Both the position numbers and the translations under genes were made by a program. Positions 1 to 10,094 of a DNA stretch of 64,000 nucleotides are shown in pieces. Source of the DNA: Bacteroidota bacterium (lineage in GTDB: Bacteria; Bacteroidota; Bacteroidia; AKYH767-A; 2013-40CM-41-45); contig JAYTOX010000065.1 of the NCBI GenBank assembly GCA_043747595.1, forward strand, positions 4,679 through 68,678, given 5' to 3'. Under the pieces are notes generated by a model. That model worked only from the letters and a program-made list of their open reading frames with translations, had not been told where the DNA came from and made no database searches. Position 1 is the stretch's first letter; each line of letters begins with the position of its first letter.

Positions 1-353
1 TTCGAAGAACGCTTTCCCTTCTTCAGCACATTTGAATACAAATGTTGAAGTTTGAAATATAGGGCACTTAATTGCACCTTCAGAAAGTTCAGGACGATAA
101 CCATAGGACATCATTAAACTTTCAGGCTTCATTTTAGTTTTCATAAATTTTAGAATTAATGGTTTTTATTAGTAAACTTTTAAAAGGTAATGATTATTAT
201 TTAAGTTTAAAAATAAATCCAAATCGTTGCACAAAATTTTGAAGATAAATATCAAAAAAAAGTTTCTTAATATCTATGATAACTATCACATTTCAAATAG
301 GAAAAACAGCATGCTTATATGCAAAAAATGACTAATTTTAAAAGATAAAAAAC

Positions 354-644
354 ATGTCGAAGTTCCAAGAAATAATTAACGGAGAAAAACCTGTACTGGT
401 TGATTTTCATGCTGAATGGTGTGCACCTTGCAAAATGATGCCTCCTATCTTAAATGAAGTTAAAAATAAACTTGGTGATAATGTTGTAATCTTAAAAATA
501 GATATTGACAAAAACCAACAGGTAGCTCAACATTACAGCGTTCAATCTGTCCCAACATTAATGATTTTTAAAAAAGGAAAAATTGTTTGGCGACAATCAG
601 GAGTTGCACCTGCAAATCAACTAATCGAGCAACTTAAACAATAG
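354..644 (+). CDS. trxA: thioredoxin
   Basis: 96 aa, which fits a thioredoxin fold. The active-site motif W-C-A-P-C-K is present (CxxC; canonical is WCGPC). Confidence 0.85.
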   Translation: MSKFQEIINGEKPVLVDFHAEWCAPCKMMPPILNEVKNKLGDNVVILKIDIDKNQQVAQHYSVQSVPTLMIFKKGKIVWRQSGVAPANQLIEQLKQ

Positions 645-772
645 TTGTATAGATATTACTAGAAAAAAATTGAGAACTTTGCTAACAAAATTTACTTTTT
701 TTTTAAAATTAACTTTCCCACTTTAAAGCATGACAATTATTAACTTTTTACTGCATTCAGAATGGCTCATTA

Positions 773-1702
773 ATGAGTAAAAATGTTGTTACTTTATTTT
801 TAATATCCATCTACTTTATATTCACCGGATGTAAAGAGAAAACAGGACGCTCTATAAGTAAAATACCACCTGCAAAGATTGCTATTGACACCATTCAAAT
901 AAAAGAAATTGAACACGAACAATCCTATCAAGGTCGTTTCCATTTTATTTATTCTTCCAATTCCATTTTCAAAAAAGCAAAGAAACATTTTTCGGAAGAG
1001 GAGCTCTCCACTATTCTTGCGTTGAACAGAATTGACATTAACAGAATGCATAGAGTAAAAAAGCTCATTATACCTGATTCCATTTATACTAATTTCATGG
1101 ATTATGCTCCTTTCCCAAGTGACATTGCTGAATTAGTCGAAATAAAAAAATTAATTGTAATTTCATATCCAATTCAAGCTTTCGCACTCTACGAAAGTGG
1201 TCACTTAATTGTATGGGGACCTACAAGTATGGGGAAAAAAAGCACTCCTACTCCAATAGGACTTTTTCATACTAATTGGAAAGCAAAGAAAACCATCAGT
1301 ACTGTTAACGAAGAATGGATACTTAATTGGTATTTTAATATCGTAAACCTTGATGGTATATCGATGCACGAATACGAACTCCCGGGTTATCCTGCTAGTC
1401 ATTCATGCATTCGGCTGAGAGAACAAGACGCAAAATTTATTTACGTTTGGGCTGACCAATGGATTGTAGAGAACAATGGCAGAACAATAATTGCAAATGG
1501 AACACCTGTGATCATCTATGGAAACTACGACTTTGATAATCCTCCTCCTTGGTATAAACTTGAGAATAATCCAAACGCAAATAAAATAACAGCTGACTCT
1601 TTACTCAAACTAATTACTCCATATTATCAGGTTATAATACAAGAACAATCAATTAGAGATTCCATAGCAATAACAATTCACAAAATTACTATTCCTTCCT
1701 AA
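773..1702 (+). CDS. L,D-transpeptidase (YkuD) family lipoprotein
   Basis: The C-terminal part carries 'GYPASHSCIRL', matching the YkuD catalytic H...S-H-x-C-(I/V)-R signature. The N-terminus has a hydrophobic leader ending in a Cys (FTGC). Confidence 0.55.
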   Translation: MSKNVVTLFLISIYFIFTGCKEKTGRSISKIPPAKIAIDTIQIKEIEHEQSYQGRFHFIYSSNSIFKKAKKHFSEEELSTILALNRIDINRMHRVKKLIIPDSIYTNFMDYAPFPSDIAELVEIKKLIVISYPIQAFALYESGHLIVWGPTSMGKKSTPTPIGLFHTNWKAKKTISTVNEEWILNWYFNIVNLDGISMHEYELPGYPASHSCIRLREQDAKFIYVWADQWIVENNGRTIIANGTPVIIYGNYDFDNPPPWYKLENNPNANKITADSLLKLITPYYQVIIQEQSIRDSIAITIHKITIPS

Positions 1703-1774
1703 ACAATTTTCAATCGAGAAGTATTGAAAAATTAGAATGCTCAGAGCTTACAAATTAAAAGATATTAAACACCT

Positions 1775-2863
1775 ATGAATAAACTACCACTCCTAATTTG
1801 TTTTTTTCTGAGTGTAATATCATTTCAACAATCGAATGGTCAGAACAAGGACACTTCTGCTTTTAAAGTATTTCTAATTGGAGATGCCGGCGAAAATGAT
1901 ACAACCGGAGAAACGCTTACTCAATTGCGCTTACAACTAGAAAAAAGCCCCAATAGTGTGGTTGTTTTTCTTGGTGACAATTGCTATTTAAAACCATTTT
2001 TCCTTTTACCGGTTGAGATTGGTGGATTTAACGGCAATAAAAAGTCGGTTAAGCGAATGATGTCGCAACTAAATATTCTTCAAAACTACAAAGGAAGTGC
2101 ATACTTTATTCCGGGAAACCACGACTGGTGGAATAAGACAAATATTAAAGGCGGGAAAAAAAAATTGTTGTGCGAACAAAAATATATAGAAAACACGCTG
2201 TCCAATTTCCGCAACTTATCTAATCGCAACTCGGATTATTTTTTTCCTAAAAATGGAATGATCGGTCCGGTTTCAAAACAATTTGTCAATGATCAATTAC
2301 GCATAATTTTTATTGACACCTATCGATTGATCATAGAAGAAGGGAAGATAAAAAAGAAAGATTCTCTGATCACAGCAAAATTTTATACCGACCTAAGAAA
2401 TCAATTACTCGAAGCAGCGAAGTCAAATCAAAAGCTGATTGTCGTTGCTCATCATCCTCTTGTTTCTAAAGGAAAACATTCTATGGAACCTTCATTTATT
2501 GAAAAACTATTCTTTCGATTTGGAACTAGCAATTTAAATTTTGCCGCCTATCAAAAAGCAGTCACTAAAATCGATAGTCTGTTAAAGGAAAGTAAAAAAC
2601 CATCCATGTATTATGCAAGTGGTCATGAACATTCATTAGAATATTTTTTTCAAGATAATATTCGTTACATTATTAGTGGGGCCGGGAGCAAAACAGACAA
2701 TATTACAATTGGCGATAGTCAAAATAAAAACGAATGCGTAATTTGGAATCAAGAAGGTTTTTTTGAGATTGAATTTCATCGACAAAAAGATAAAGTGTTT
2801 TTATTTCACAAGAATAAGTTAGAAAAAGAAATGAAAGTAGAATGTGTGAGCGGTTGTGAGTAA
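1775..2863 (+). CDS. secreted calcineurin-like metallophosphoesterase
   Basis: Signal peptide present. Metallophosphatase motifs GDAGE, GDN, GNHDW and GHEH occur in canonical order. Confidence 0.7.
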   Translation: MNKLPLLICFFLSVISFQQSNGQNKDTSAFKVFLIGDAGENDTTGETLTQLRLQLEKSPNSVVVFLGDNCYLKPFFLLPVEIGGFNGNKKSVKRMMSQLNILQNYKGSAYFIPGNHDWWNKTNIKGGKKKLLCEQKYIENTLSNFRNLSNRNSDYFFPKNGMIGPVSKQFVNDQLRIIFIDTYRLIIEEGKIKKKDSLITAKFYTDLRNQLLEAAKSNQKLIVVAHHPLVSKGKHSMEPSFIEKLFFRFGTSNLNFAAYQKAVTKIDSLLKESKKPSMYYASGHEHSLEYFFQDNIRYIISGAGSKTDNITIGDSQNKNECVIWNQEGFFEIEFHRQKDKVFLFHKNKLEKEMKVECVSGCE

Positions 2864-3215
2864 TTAAACACATCCGATTATTTCACGTCCAACAATTCAC
2901 AAAATCAACTACTAATCTCTTAGTAATTGATTTATTAAACAGCACAACATTTCAAATTCCGAATACTCCAAATGCCCAATAAATCCAAATCAAATCTTTA
3001 TGAATAGAAAGCTGCTTTTAACATATTACCAAATCGTTAAATTTTGCACAAAATTGGTATATTTTGGATTTTTGAACTCATATTTCCCACATTAATTAGG
3101 GTTAATAGAGTAGATTTAATTAGTTTTGTAACATCACATCCGCTTTATTTTTATACAGAGCCGTTGCCTCTGGAAGCAAAAAATGACACTCTAATTCAAT
3201 TAAGTTTTAGGTTAA

Positions 3216-6200
3216 ATGTTTCGACTCAGTAAACACTTCTTCATTTTATTATTCCTGTTTTTTTGCTTGAAGCAATCGAATGCTCAATCATTAATCATGA
3301 ATGAAGTTTCAAATGGGACAACGGGTAATCAAGAATACGTTGAATTTGTTGTAGTAAGTAATACTGTTACTTACAGTTGTACTAGTAATATTCCTCCATG
3401 CATTGATATTCGAGGATGGATCTTTGACGATAATAGTGGCTACCATGGAACTTCAGGTATTGCGGTTGGTGCAGTTCGTTTTTCACAAAACCCTATTTGG
3501 GCTTGCGTACCTCTTGGAACAATTATTTTAATTTATAATGATGGAGATAGAAATCCGGCCATTCCACCTGACGATATAACAATGAGCGATAACAACTGTC
3601 GCATCATAGCTCCTTTGAATAGCACCCTCTTTGAAACTAACTTAACTACGCCTGGTGCTGTTGCTTGCTCCTATCCGGCAACAGGTTGGACTTCGGGAGG
3701 CAATTGGATAAATACAGTTTTAGCTAATACAGGAGATTGTGCACGAATAGTAAATCTCGCCGGATGCGAAGTATTCTCCGTCTGCTACGGAACAGACAAT
3801 CAGAATACACAAATTTATTTCTTTGGATCAGGATCGCAGAGAGTTTATTATTTCAATGATGTAGATCCAACCAATCAAGCTAACTGGACTAGCGGAAGTG
3901 CAAGTACAAATCCTGGCGACCAAACTCCGGGCGCTCCTAACAATGCAGCTAATGCAAATTACATAGGACAATTCAATAATTTTTGTCAGCCTATTACTCC
4001 ATTAATTGTTACCGCAAGTAGTACTAATGCCGGTTGTACTTGCAATGGAAGTGCTACTGCAACTGCTACCGGCTCCATTGCCGGTTATACTTTTGAATGG
4101 TACGATTCGAATTTTAACCCCATTGGACAAAGCGGAGCAAATGCCACCGGCCTTTGTGGAGGAAATTATTATGTAATCGGAACCTCTCACATTGGTTGTT
4201 CAGATACAGCAATGGTTACATTGACATCAACAAGTACTACGACACTTGCTGTGAACTCACAAATTATTTGTTCGGGAGCTACCACAAATCTTACAGCTAC
4301 ACCATCTGTATCCGGCGGAACATTTTTATGGGCTCCAGGTGGAGAAACAACACAAACAATTTCTGTTACCCCTACTTTATCTTCAACTTATACCTGCACT
4401 TATTTTACAGCCGGCTGTTCAACTGCCGCTACAGGAAGTGTAACTGTAAATCAAACTCCATTAGTCACTGTCAACTCTTCAACTATTTGCTCTGGATCTT
4501 CTGCTACGCTCACCGCTACACCATCCATCTCAGGTGGAAATTATTTGTGGTCGCCCGGAGGACAAACTACTGATTTCATTTCTGTAAATCCGAATAGCAC
4601 TTCAAGTTATTCAGTAACCTATTCGATTAATGGGTGTACAGCAACAGGATCAAATTCTGTTATCGTAAATCTTACACCAACCATTGTTGTAAATTCTCAA
4701 ACGGTCTGTTCCGGTCAACTAGCTACGCTGACTGCAAATGGTGGTACAACTTATTTATGGAACGACGGATCAACTTCCAGCTCAATCGCTGTTGCTCCAT
4801 TATTTACAACGGTGTATTCTGTCACCGGTTCTACAAATGGATGTTCTAGTTCAGCAACAACAACTGTAACTGTAAATAACTCACCAACAATTGTAGTTAA
4901 TTCTCCATCGATATGTAATGGCCAACAAGCAACTTTACTTGCTCAAGGTGGAACAACTTACCTCTGGTCAAATGGGGCAACAACAAATTCAATAAATGTA
5001 TCTCCTATAGTAAACACAACTTATAGTGTAACAGGTACAGATTTGGGCTGTTCTGCTACAGCAACATCAATAGTTACTATTGCGGCAAATTTAATTGTTA
5101 ACGCAGGAATTGATGATACCATTTGCACCGGTAATTCAACACAACTTAGTGCTAACTCAAACGCATCTGCAACACTTTTTTCTTGGTCACCAATTATTGG
5201 TCTGAACAATTCAACTGCATCAAATCCCATAGCAACCCCTATTTCAACAATTACTTATACTGTTGTCATGACTGATGCAAATGGTTGCACAGGAAGCGAC
5301 CAGATCACTGTTTACATTGAACCTATAGTGTCCGTTGCTGTTACTCCAACAGATCTAACTTGCAATGGAAATTCAAGTGGCAAAGTTTCAGTTACTTCTT
5401 CGGGTGGTTATCCTCCATATAATTTTGCTTGGTCGAATGGTTGTGCTGCGAATACATGCACCAATCTTATTTCCGGATTTTATTCTGTAGTAGTGACGGA
5501 TAAATTTGGTTGCACTTCAAGCGCAAGTACTTTTGTAAATGAACCGAGCCCAATTCTAGTCACAACCATAAACAATTCGCCGACTACATGTTTTGCAAGT
5601 TGCAACGGAACAGCAACTCTTTCTGCATCCGGAGGAACTGGCGTATTCACTTACATTTGGAATACTGTCCCACTTCAACTTTCAAATTTAGCAAGCGGAC
5701 TTTGTGCAGGAAATTATTTATGCAAGGTTTCAGATTCGAATGGCTGTTTAAATTCTACGTCCGTACAAATCAATCAACCACCTCCTGTAAGCCTAAGTTC
5801 AATTGTGAGCACGACAGCTTGTAATTCTGGAACTAATTTATCTACTCAAGCTTCCGGTGGAAATGGCCCATACAATTATTCATGGTCACCATCAATCGGT
5901 TTAAACTCTTCAATTATTTCAAATCCAATTTCTCAACCAATATCAGCAACCGACTATTCTGTTATTGCAACCGATATAAACGGTTGTACATCGTCACCAC
6001 AAATGATTACTGTTCGACCAACACTTCCACTTTCATTGTATGCGAATGGCCCAACATCTATTTGTGATGGAGCAACTGCAACATTGTCGTCTATAGCTTC
6101 GAATGGAAACGGACCGTACTCATATTCATGGACTCCGACCACCGGATTAAACAATTCATTTATTTCAAGTCCACTTGTCTCACCCTTAGCTAGCACTACT

Positions 6201-7055
6201 TATACCGTTACGGTTACTGATGCCTGTGCAAATTCACAGAGCGCTTCAGTCGATATCGCCATTTTGTCATTGCCTATAGCAAACTTTTCAGCCGATATAA
6301 ATTCAGGATGTGCTCCTGTTTGTGTGAAGTTCACCAATCAATCGAGTGCGAATGCGCTTAGCTATGTTTGGAATTTTGGAGATAATGGAGCGGCTTCTAC
6401 GAACATCAATCCAAACTACTGTTTTGAAAATTCAGGGACTTTCTCCATTTCATTAACTGCAATTTCTTCAGGTGGTTGTTCAAATACAAATACTATTTCT
6501 AATCTCATTAATGTATTCGCAAATCCTGAAGCTGATTTTAGTTTTACTCCGGATCAGCCAACTACATTGGAATCGGGAGTAACTTTTTTAAATCATTGTT
6601 CGCCTGACGTAATCAGATGGTTTTGGGATTTTGGTGATGGAAAAAATTCTTCTAAAGCTGATCCATTGAATTTATACAATCCGACTCCATACTCTACCTA
6701 TTTAGTTTCATTGATCGTTGAGAATATTAATGGCTGTAAAGACACGTTAAATAAAACGATTGAAATAATTCCTGAATACACATTTTTTATCCCAAATTCT
6801 TTTACGCCTAACGGTGATGGAATCAATGACACATTTGGAGCATACGGACTTGAGATCTCGACTTACAATTTAACTATTTTCGACCGTTGGGGAAAACTTA
6901 TTTTCGAATCTAATAATCTAGCTATTCCTTGGGATGGAAAAGTTGACAATGGAAAAACAATTGCACAGAATGATGTATACAATTGGATAATTCAAGTTAG
7001 AGACATTTTCAATCAAACACACAATTATATTGGCCGGGTTACATTAGTTAAATAA
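3216..7055 (+). CDS. large cell-surface adhesin: lamin-tail domain, ~5 Ig-like repeats, SprB repeats, PKD domains, T9SS type-B (CHU_C/gliding-motility-associated) C-terminal sorting domain
   Basis: Signal peptide. The N-terminus has 'NEVSNGTT..EYVEFVVV' (lamin-tail-like). Repeated 'C.G...GG.(P)Y.F.W' units are SprB-like. 'WNFGDNG' and 'WDFGDGK' are PKD-like. The C-terminus 'FIPNSFTPNGDGINDTF...WDG' matches the TIGR04131-type CTD. Confidence 0.8.
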   Translation: MFRLSKHFFILLFLFFCLKQSNAQSLIMNEVSNGTTGNQEYVEFVVVSNTVTYSCTSNIPPCIDIRGWIFDDNSGYHGTSGIAVGAVRFSQNPIWACVPLGTIILIYNDGDRNPAIPPDDITMSDNNCRIIAPLNSTLFETNLTTPGAVACSYPATGWTSGGNWINTVLANTGDCARIVNLAGCEVFSVCYGTDNQNTQIYFFGSGSQRVYYFNDVDPTNQANWTSGSASTNPGDQTPGAPNNAANANYIGQFNNFCQPITPLIVTASSTNAGCTCNGSATATATGSIAGYTFEWYDSNFNPIGQSGANATGLCGGNYYVIGTSHIGCSDTAMVTLTSTSTTTLAVNSQIICSGATTNLTATPSVSGGTFLWAPGGETTQTISVTPTLSSTYTCTYFTAGCSTAATGSVTVNQTPLVTVNSSTICSGSSATLTATPSISGGNYLWSPGGQTTDFISVNPNSTSSYSVTYSINGCTATGSNSVIVNLTPTIVVNSQTVCSGQLATLTANGGTTYLWNDGSTSSSIAVAPLFTTVYSVTGSTNGCSSSATTTVTVNNSPTIVVNSPSICNGQQATLLAQGGTTYLWSNGATTNSINVSPIVNTTYSVTGTDLGCSATATSIVTIAANLIVNAGIDDTICTGNSTQLSANSNASATLFSWSPIIGLNNSTASNPIATPISTITYTVVMTDANGCTGSDQITVYIEPIVSVAVTPTDLTCNGNSSGKVSVTSSGGYPPYNFAWSNGCAANTCTNLISGFYSVVVTDKFGCTSSASTFVNEPSPILVTTINNSPTTCFASCNGTATLSASGGTGVFTYIWNTVPLQLSNLASGLCAGNYLCKVSDSNGCLNSTSVQINQPPPVSLSSIVSTTACNSGTNLSTQASGGNGPYNYSWSPSIGLNSSIISNPISQPISATDYSVIATDINGCTSSPQMITVRPTLPLSLYANGPTSICDGATATLSSIASNGNGPYSYSWTPTTGLNNSFISSPLVSPLASTTYTVTVTDACANSQSASVDIAILSLPIANFSADINSGCAPVCVKFTNQSSANALSYVWNFGDNGAASTNINPNYCFENSGTFSISLTAISSGGCSNTNTISNLINVFANPEADFSFTPDQPTTLESGVTFLNHCSPDVIRWFWDFGDGKNSSKADPLNLYNPTPYSTYLVSLIVENINGCKDTLNKTIEIIPEYTFFIPNSFTPNGDGINDTFGAYGLEISTYNLTIFDRWGKLIFESNNLAIPWDGKVDNGKTIAQNDVYNWIIQVRDIFNQTHNYIGRVTLVK
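4249..5322 (+). repeat. five tandem ~70-75-aa Ig-like repeats (VNS..ICSG..ATLTA...YLW..G) inside the adhesin gene
   Basis: The repeats are visible in the translation. They also produce long spurious ORFs in alternative frames. Confidence 0.7.
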
Positions 7056-7166
7056 TTATTGACAACCTAGAATTAGAATCTTTTATTAAAGACGTTCAAT
7101 AAATATTTCATTTTTTAGTAATGATATTAATATTTTAATAAATTTACTCAATAAACTACCAGACAA

Positions 7167-9944
7167 ATGAAAAGAATAGCACTCATTTTCCTTTATAGCA
7201 TTATTGCTTCAATAGGCTATGCGCAATCTCCAATTAAAATTCATGTTAGTGACCACCAATCAGGAGCTACTTTACCCGGTGTATCGATAGTAGTGAAAGG
7301 CACTACGAACGGGGTTTCATCTGATGCCGATGGTAATGCTGTCATAAAAGCGAATGGAACAGACAGCTTACTAATTCAAATGATTGGTTATATCTCAAAA
7401 ACTGTTGGAATAAATAATCAGACAGAAATAAAGATCGGGCTTTTAACTTCTCCACTCGAATTAGGCGACATTGTTGTTGTTGGTACAAGAACAGCCGGTA
7501 GAATAAAAACAGAAACTCCTGCACCTGTTGACGTCATTTCTGTTTCAGCTGTATCTATTCCAACGGGCCGAACCGATATCACCTCACTTCTGAATTATTC
7601 TGCTCCGTCACTCAACTCTAATAAACAAAGTGGATCAGATGGTGCTGATCATATAGACTTAGCAACACTCAGAGGGTTAGGTCCGGATCAAACATTGGTA
7701 TTAATTAATGGAAAACGAAGACACCAAACAGCTTTTGTAAGTGTGTTTGGTACAAGAGGAAGAGGAAATTCAGGAACGGATTTGAATGCAATTCCGATTT
7801 CTGCCATCGACAGAGTAGAAATTCTTCGTGATGGAGCATCTGCTCAATACGGATCAGATGCTATTGCCGGAGTTATGAATATTATTCTTAAAAAAAATGT
7901 TAAAGAATTTAGTGGCGATCTCAGCTTTGGGGGCTATTCAGATAGTAAATACAATCCTGCATTCAAACCTGAGTTTCAACAGTACCAGCACGAAAATAAA
8001 TTAGATGGACTTACTAGAACTTTAAATCTGAATTATGGAATTCCTCTAGGTAAAAAAGACGGATTCGTCAATTTCTCTTTGAGTGCTTTGAACCAAGAAA
8101 AAACATTTAGACAAATTTCAGATACGTCCAACCTTTTTACAAATGCCGACGCTTTGCCTATTAATATTTACCGGCGTGCAAATGGTGACGGTTCAGTAAA
8201 AGCAATAGGGGCGTTCTATAATCTTGAAACACCAATTGGTAGTGGATCAACCCGCCTTTATTCCTTTGGTGGATATAATTACAGCAAGAGTGATGCATTT
8301 GCATTCAGCAGAAATTTCTCTGCTCGTCCCGAACGTTTCCCTACAGATGTAAATGGAAATCTACTTTTTGTTGACGGAATAATGCATAGAACTCCTGATG
8401 GCGAAGTCTACTTCGACCCACATATTCAAACCAATATAACCGACTTTTCAATTGCTGTTGGGGCTAATGGTGAGGCAGGAAAAGGATGGCTGTGGGATTT
8501 ATCAAATAACATTGGTAAAAATGATTTCCATTTTTATGGTGATAAAACATTTAATGCTTCATTGGGAACAAGCCAAACACATTTTGACGATGGTGGATTT
8601 TCATTTTTACAAAACACTACAAATTTGAATTTCTCCAAACCATTTAAAAATATTGCTCAAGGACTTAATCTTGCCGCAGGAGCAGAATCAAGAATAGAAC
8701 GTTACAATTTATATTCAGGAGAGGAAGCATCGTATAAAAACTACGATACGTCCGGTATAAAAGCATCGGGAGCACAGGGTTTTCCGGGATATCAACCGGC
8801 TGATGCTGTAACAGCAAATCGATCAACTATAGGTGCTTATTTAGATGCAGAACTTGACATAACAAAAAAATGGTTGTTGACTGGTGCAATACGTGCTGAA
8901 AATTATAGCGATTTTGGTTTTACAAGTAACTACAAAATGAGCTCGAGGTATAAGATTACAAATAAATTAAACTTAAGAGGGTCTATTAGTACAGGATTCA
9001 GAGCACCTTCACTTCAACAAATTAATTTTAGCTCCACATTTACAAATGTTCAAGGCGGCCTAGTGGCAGAAGTAAAAATAGCTCCAAATTATAATCCAAT
9101 TACCAAAGCTGCCGGTATTCCTGAACTAAAACAAGAACAATCTGTGAATGCCGGCTTAGGTTTTTCATATACACCAATAAAAAATTTCAATATAACTATT
9201 GATGGCTACATGGTACAAATAAAAGACAGAGTTGTACTTTCAGGCCAATTTGACGCAAGCGATAATACACTTGATCCGGAATTTTTGGCTGCATTAAATA
9301 ATTACCATGCATCCTATGCACAGTTTTTTGTAAACGCAGTAAATACTACTAACAGAGGAATTGATATAGTATTTGATTATAAAAAAATAACAGAAAAACA
9401 TTCTTTCAGAGCTTCTCTTTCGGGCAATTTACAAAAGATGACGATCGATGACATCAATGTGCCCACAAAACTAAACGATACAGAACAACATAGAAAAACT
9501 TTCCTTAGCGACCGAGAGCAGGCTTTTATTTTAGCCTCTGCGCCTTCATCAAAATTTAGTTTGAATTTAGAATATGGAATAAATAAAATTACATTCGGAT
9601 TACGTTTAACATATTTTGGAAGCGTAACTATTTTAGGGTACGGTGAAGACGCATTAGGTATTAATCCTAAAGTTCCGACAGATGCTGATCCCAATGTGTA
9701 TGTAGCCGACAAGTATGTTTACGGAGGAAAAACTGTAACTGACTTATATGTTACTTACAAACTTTGTAAAGCGGCTAAATTGATATTAGGTACAGACAAT
9801 TTATTTGGAGTACATCCTGATTTAGGTGCTGTTGCAACCGCCAAATACTGGGCATATAATAACGAGCCTGCCGGACCATGGGATGCAGTTCAGATGGGAT
9901 CTAACGGCATGAGAATGTATGCTCGATTGGCTCTAAATTTTTAA
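7167..9944 (+). CDS. TonB-dependent outer-membrane receptor
   Basis: Signal peptide, a CarbopepD_reg-like N-terminal domain (IKIHVSD..GVSIVVKG..DADGNAVI), and a plug region (DIVVVGTR). It ends in an aromatic residue (LNF) after 925 aa. Confidence 0.85.
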   Translation: MKRIALIFLYSIIASIGYAQSPIKIHVSDHQSGATLPGVSIVVKGTTNGVSSDADGNAVIKANGTDSLLIQMIGYISKTVGINNQTEIKIGLLTSPLELGDIVVVGTRTAGRIKTETPAPVDVISVSAVSIPTGRTDITSLLNYSAPSLNSNKQSGSDGADHIDLATLRGLGPDQTLVLINGKRRHQTAFVSVFGTRGRGNSGTDLNAIPISAIDRVEILRDGASAQYGSDAIAGVMNIILKKNVKEFSGDLSFGGYSDSKYNPAFKPEFQQYQHENKLDGLTRTLNLNYGIPLGKKDGFVNFSLSALNQEKTFRQISDTSNLFTNADALPINIYRRANGDGSVKAIGAFYNLETPIGSGSTRLYSFGGYNYSKSDAFAFSRNFSARPERFPTDVNGNLLFVDGIMHRTPDGEVYFDPHIQTNITDFSIAVGANGEAGKGWLWDLSNNIGKNDFHFYGDKTFNASLGTSQTHFDDGGFSFLQNTTNLNFSKPFKNIAQGLNLAAGAESRIERYNLYSGEEASYKNYDTSGIKASGAQGFPGYQPADAVTANRSTIGAYLDAELDITKKWLLTGAIRAENYSDFGFTSNYKMSSRYKITNKLNLRGSISTGFRAPSLQQINFSSTFTNVQGGLVAEVKIAPNYNPITKAAGIPELKQEQSVNAGLGFSYTPIKNFNITIDGYMVQIKDRVVLSGQFDASDNTLDPEFLAALNNYHASYAQFFVNAVNTTNRGIDIVFDYKKITEKHSFRASLSGNLQKMTIDDINVPTKLNDTEQHRKTFLSDREQAFILASAPSSKFSLNLEYGINKITFGLRLTYFGSVTILGYGEDALGINPKVPTDADPNVYVADKYVYGGKTVTDLYVTYKLCKAAKLILGTDNLFGVHPDLGAVATAKYWAYNNEPAGPWDAVQMGSNGMRMYARLALNF

Positions 9945-9990
9945 CGAAAATGTTTTGAAATAATAAACTTCAATCTCTTTTTATAAATCT

Positions 9991-10023
9991 AAAACTCCAT
10001 CAATCTAATTGATGGAGTTTTTA
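9991..10023. terminator. hairpin between convergent genes (candidate bidirectional intrinsic terminator)
   Basis: Perfect inverted repeat aaaactccatcaa / ttgatggagtttt, followed by T residues. Confidence 0.5.
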
Positions 10024-10094
10024 GTTATATCCGTTCTCAAAATTTTGCGACAATTTATTTTTACAGCAATAAAAAAATGAATTGAGTTACAAAT

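Noticed and set aside
3044-3232. 62-aa ORF upstream of and overlapping the adhesin start
   Set aside because: It has no RBS or start context and its translation is hydrophobic nonsense. It overlaps the promoter and signal-peptide region of the real gene.
4002-6196. Several 60-140-aa ORFs on both strands inside the adhesin gene (4002-4190, 4154-4573, 4634-4849, 5021-5230, 5588-5824, 5882-6067, 5954-6196)
   Set aside because: They lie entirely within the 1279-aa T9SS adhesin CDS. The repetitive, T/S/G-rich codon composition keeps alternative frames open. Their translations are low-complexity and motif-free.
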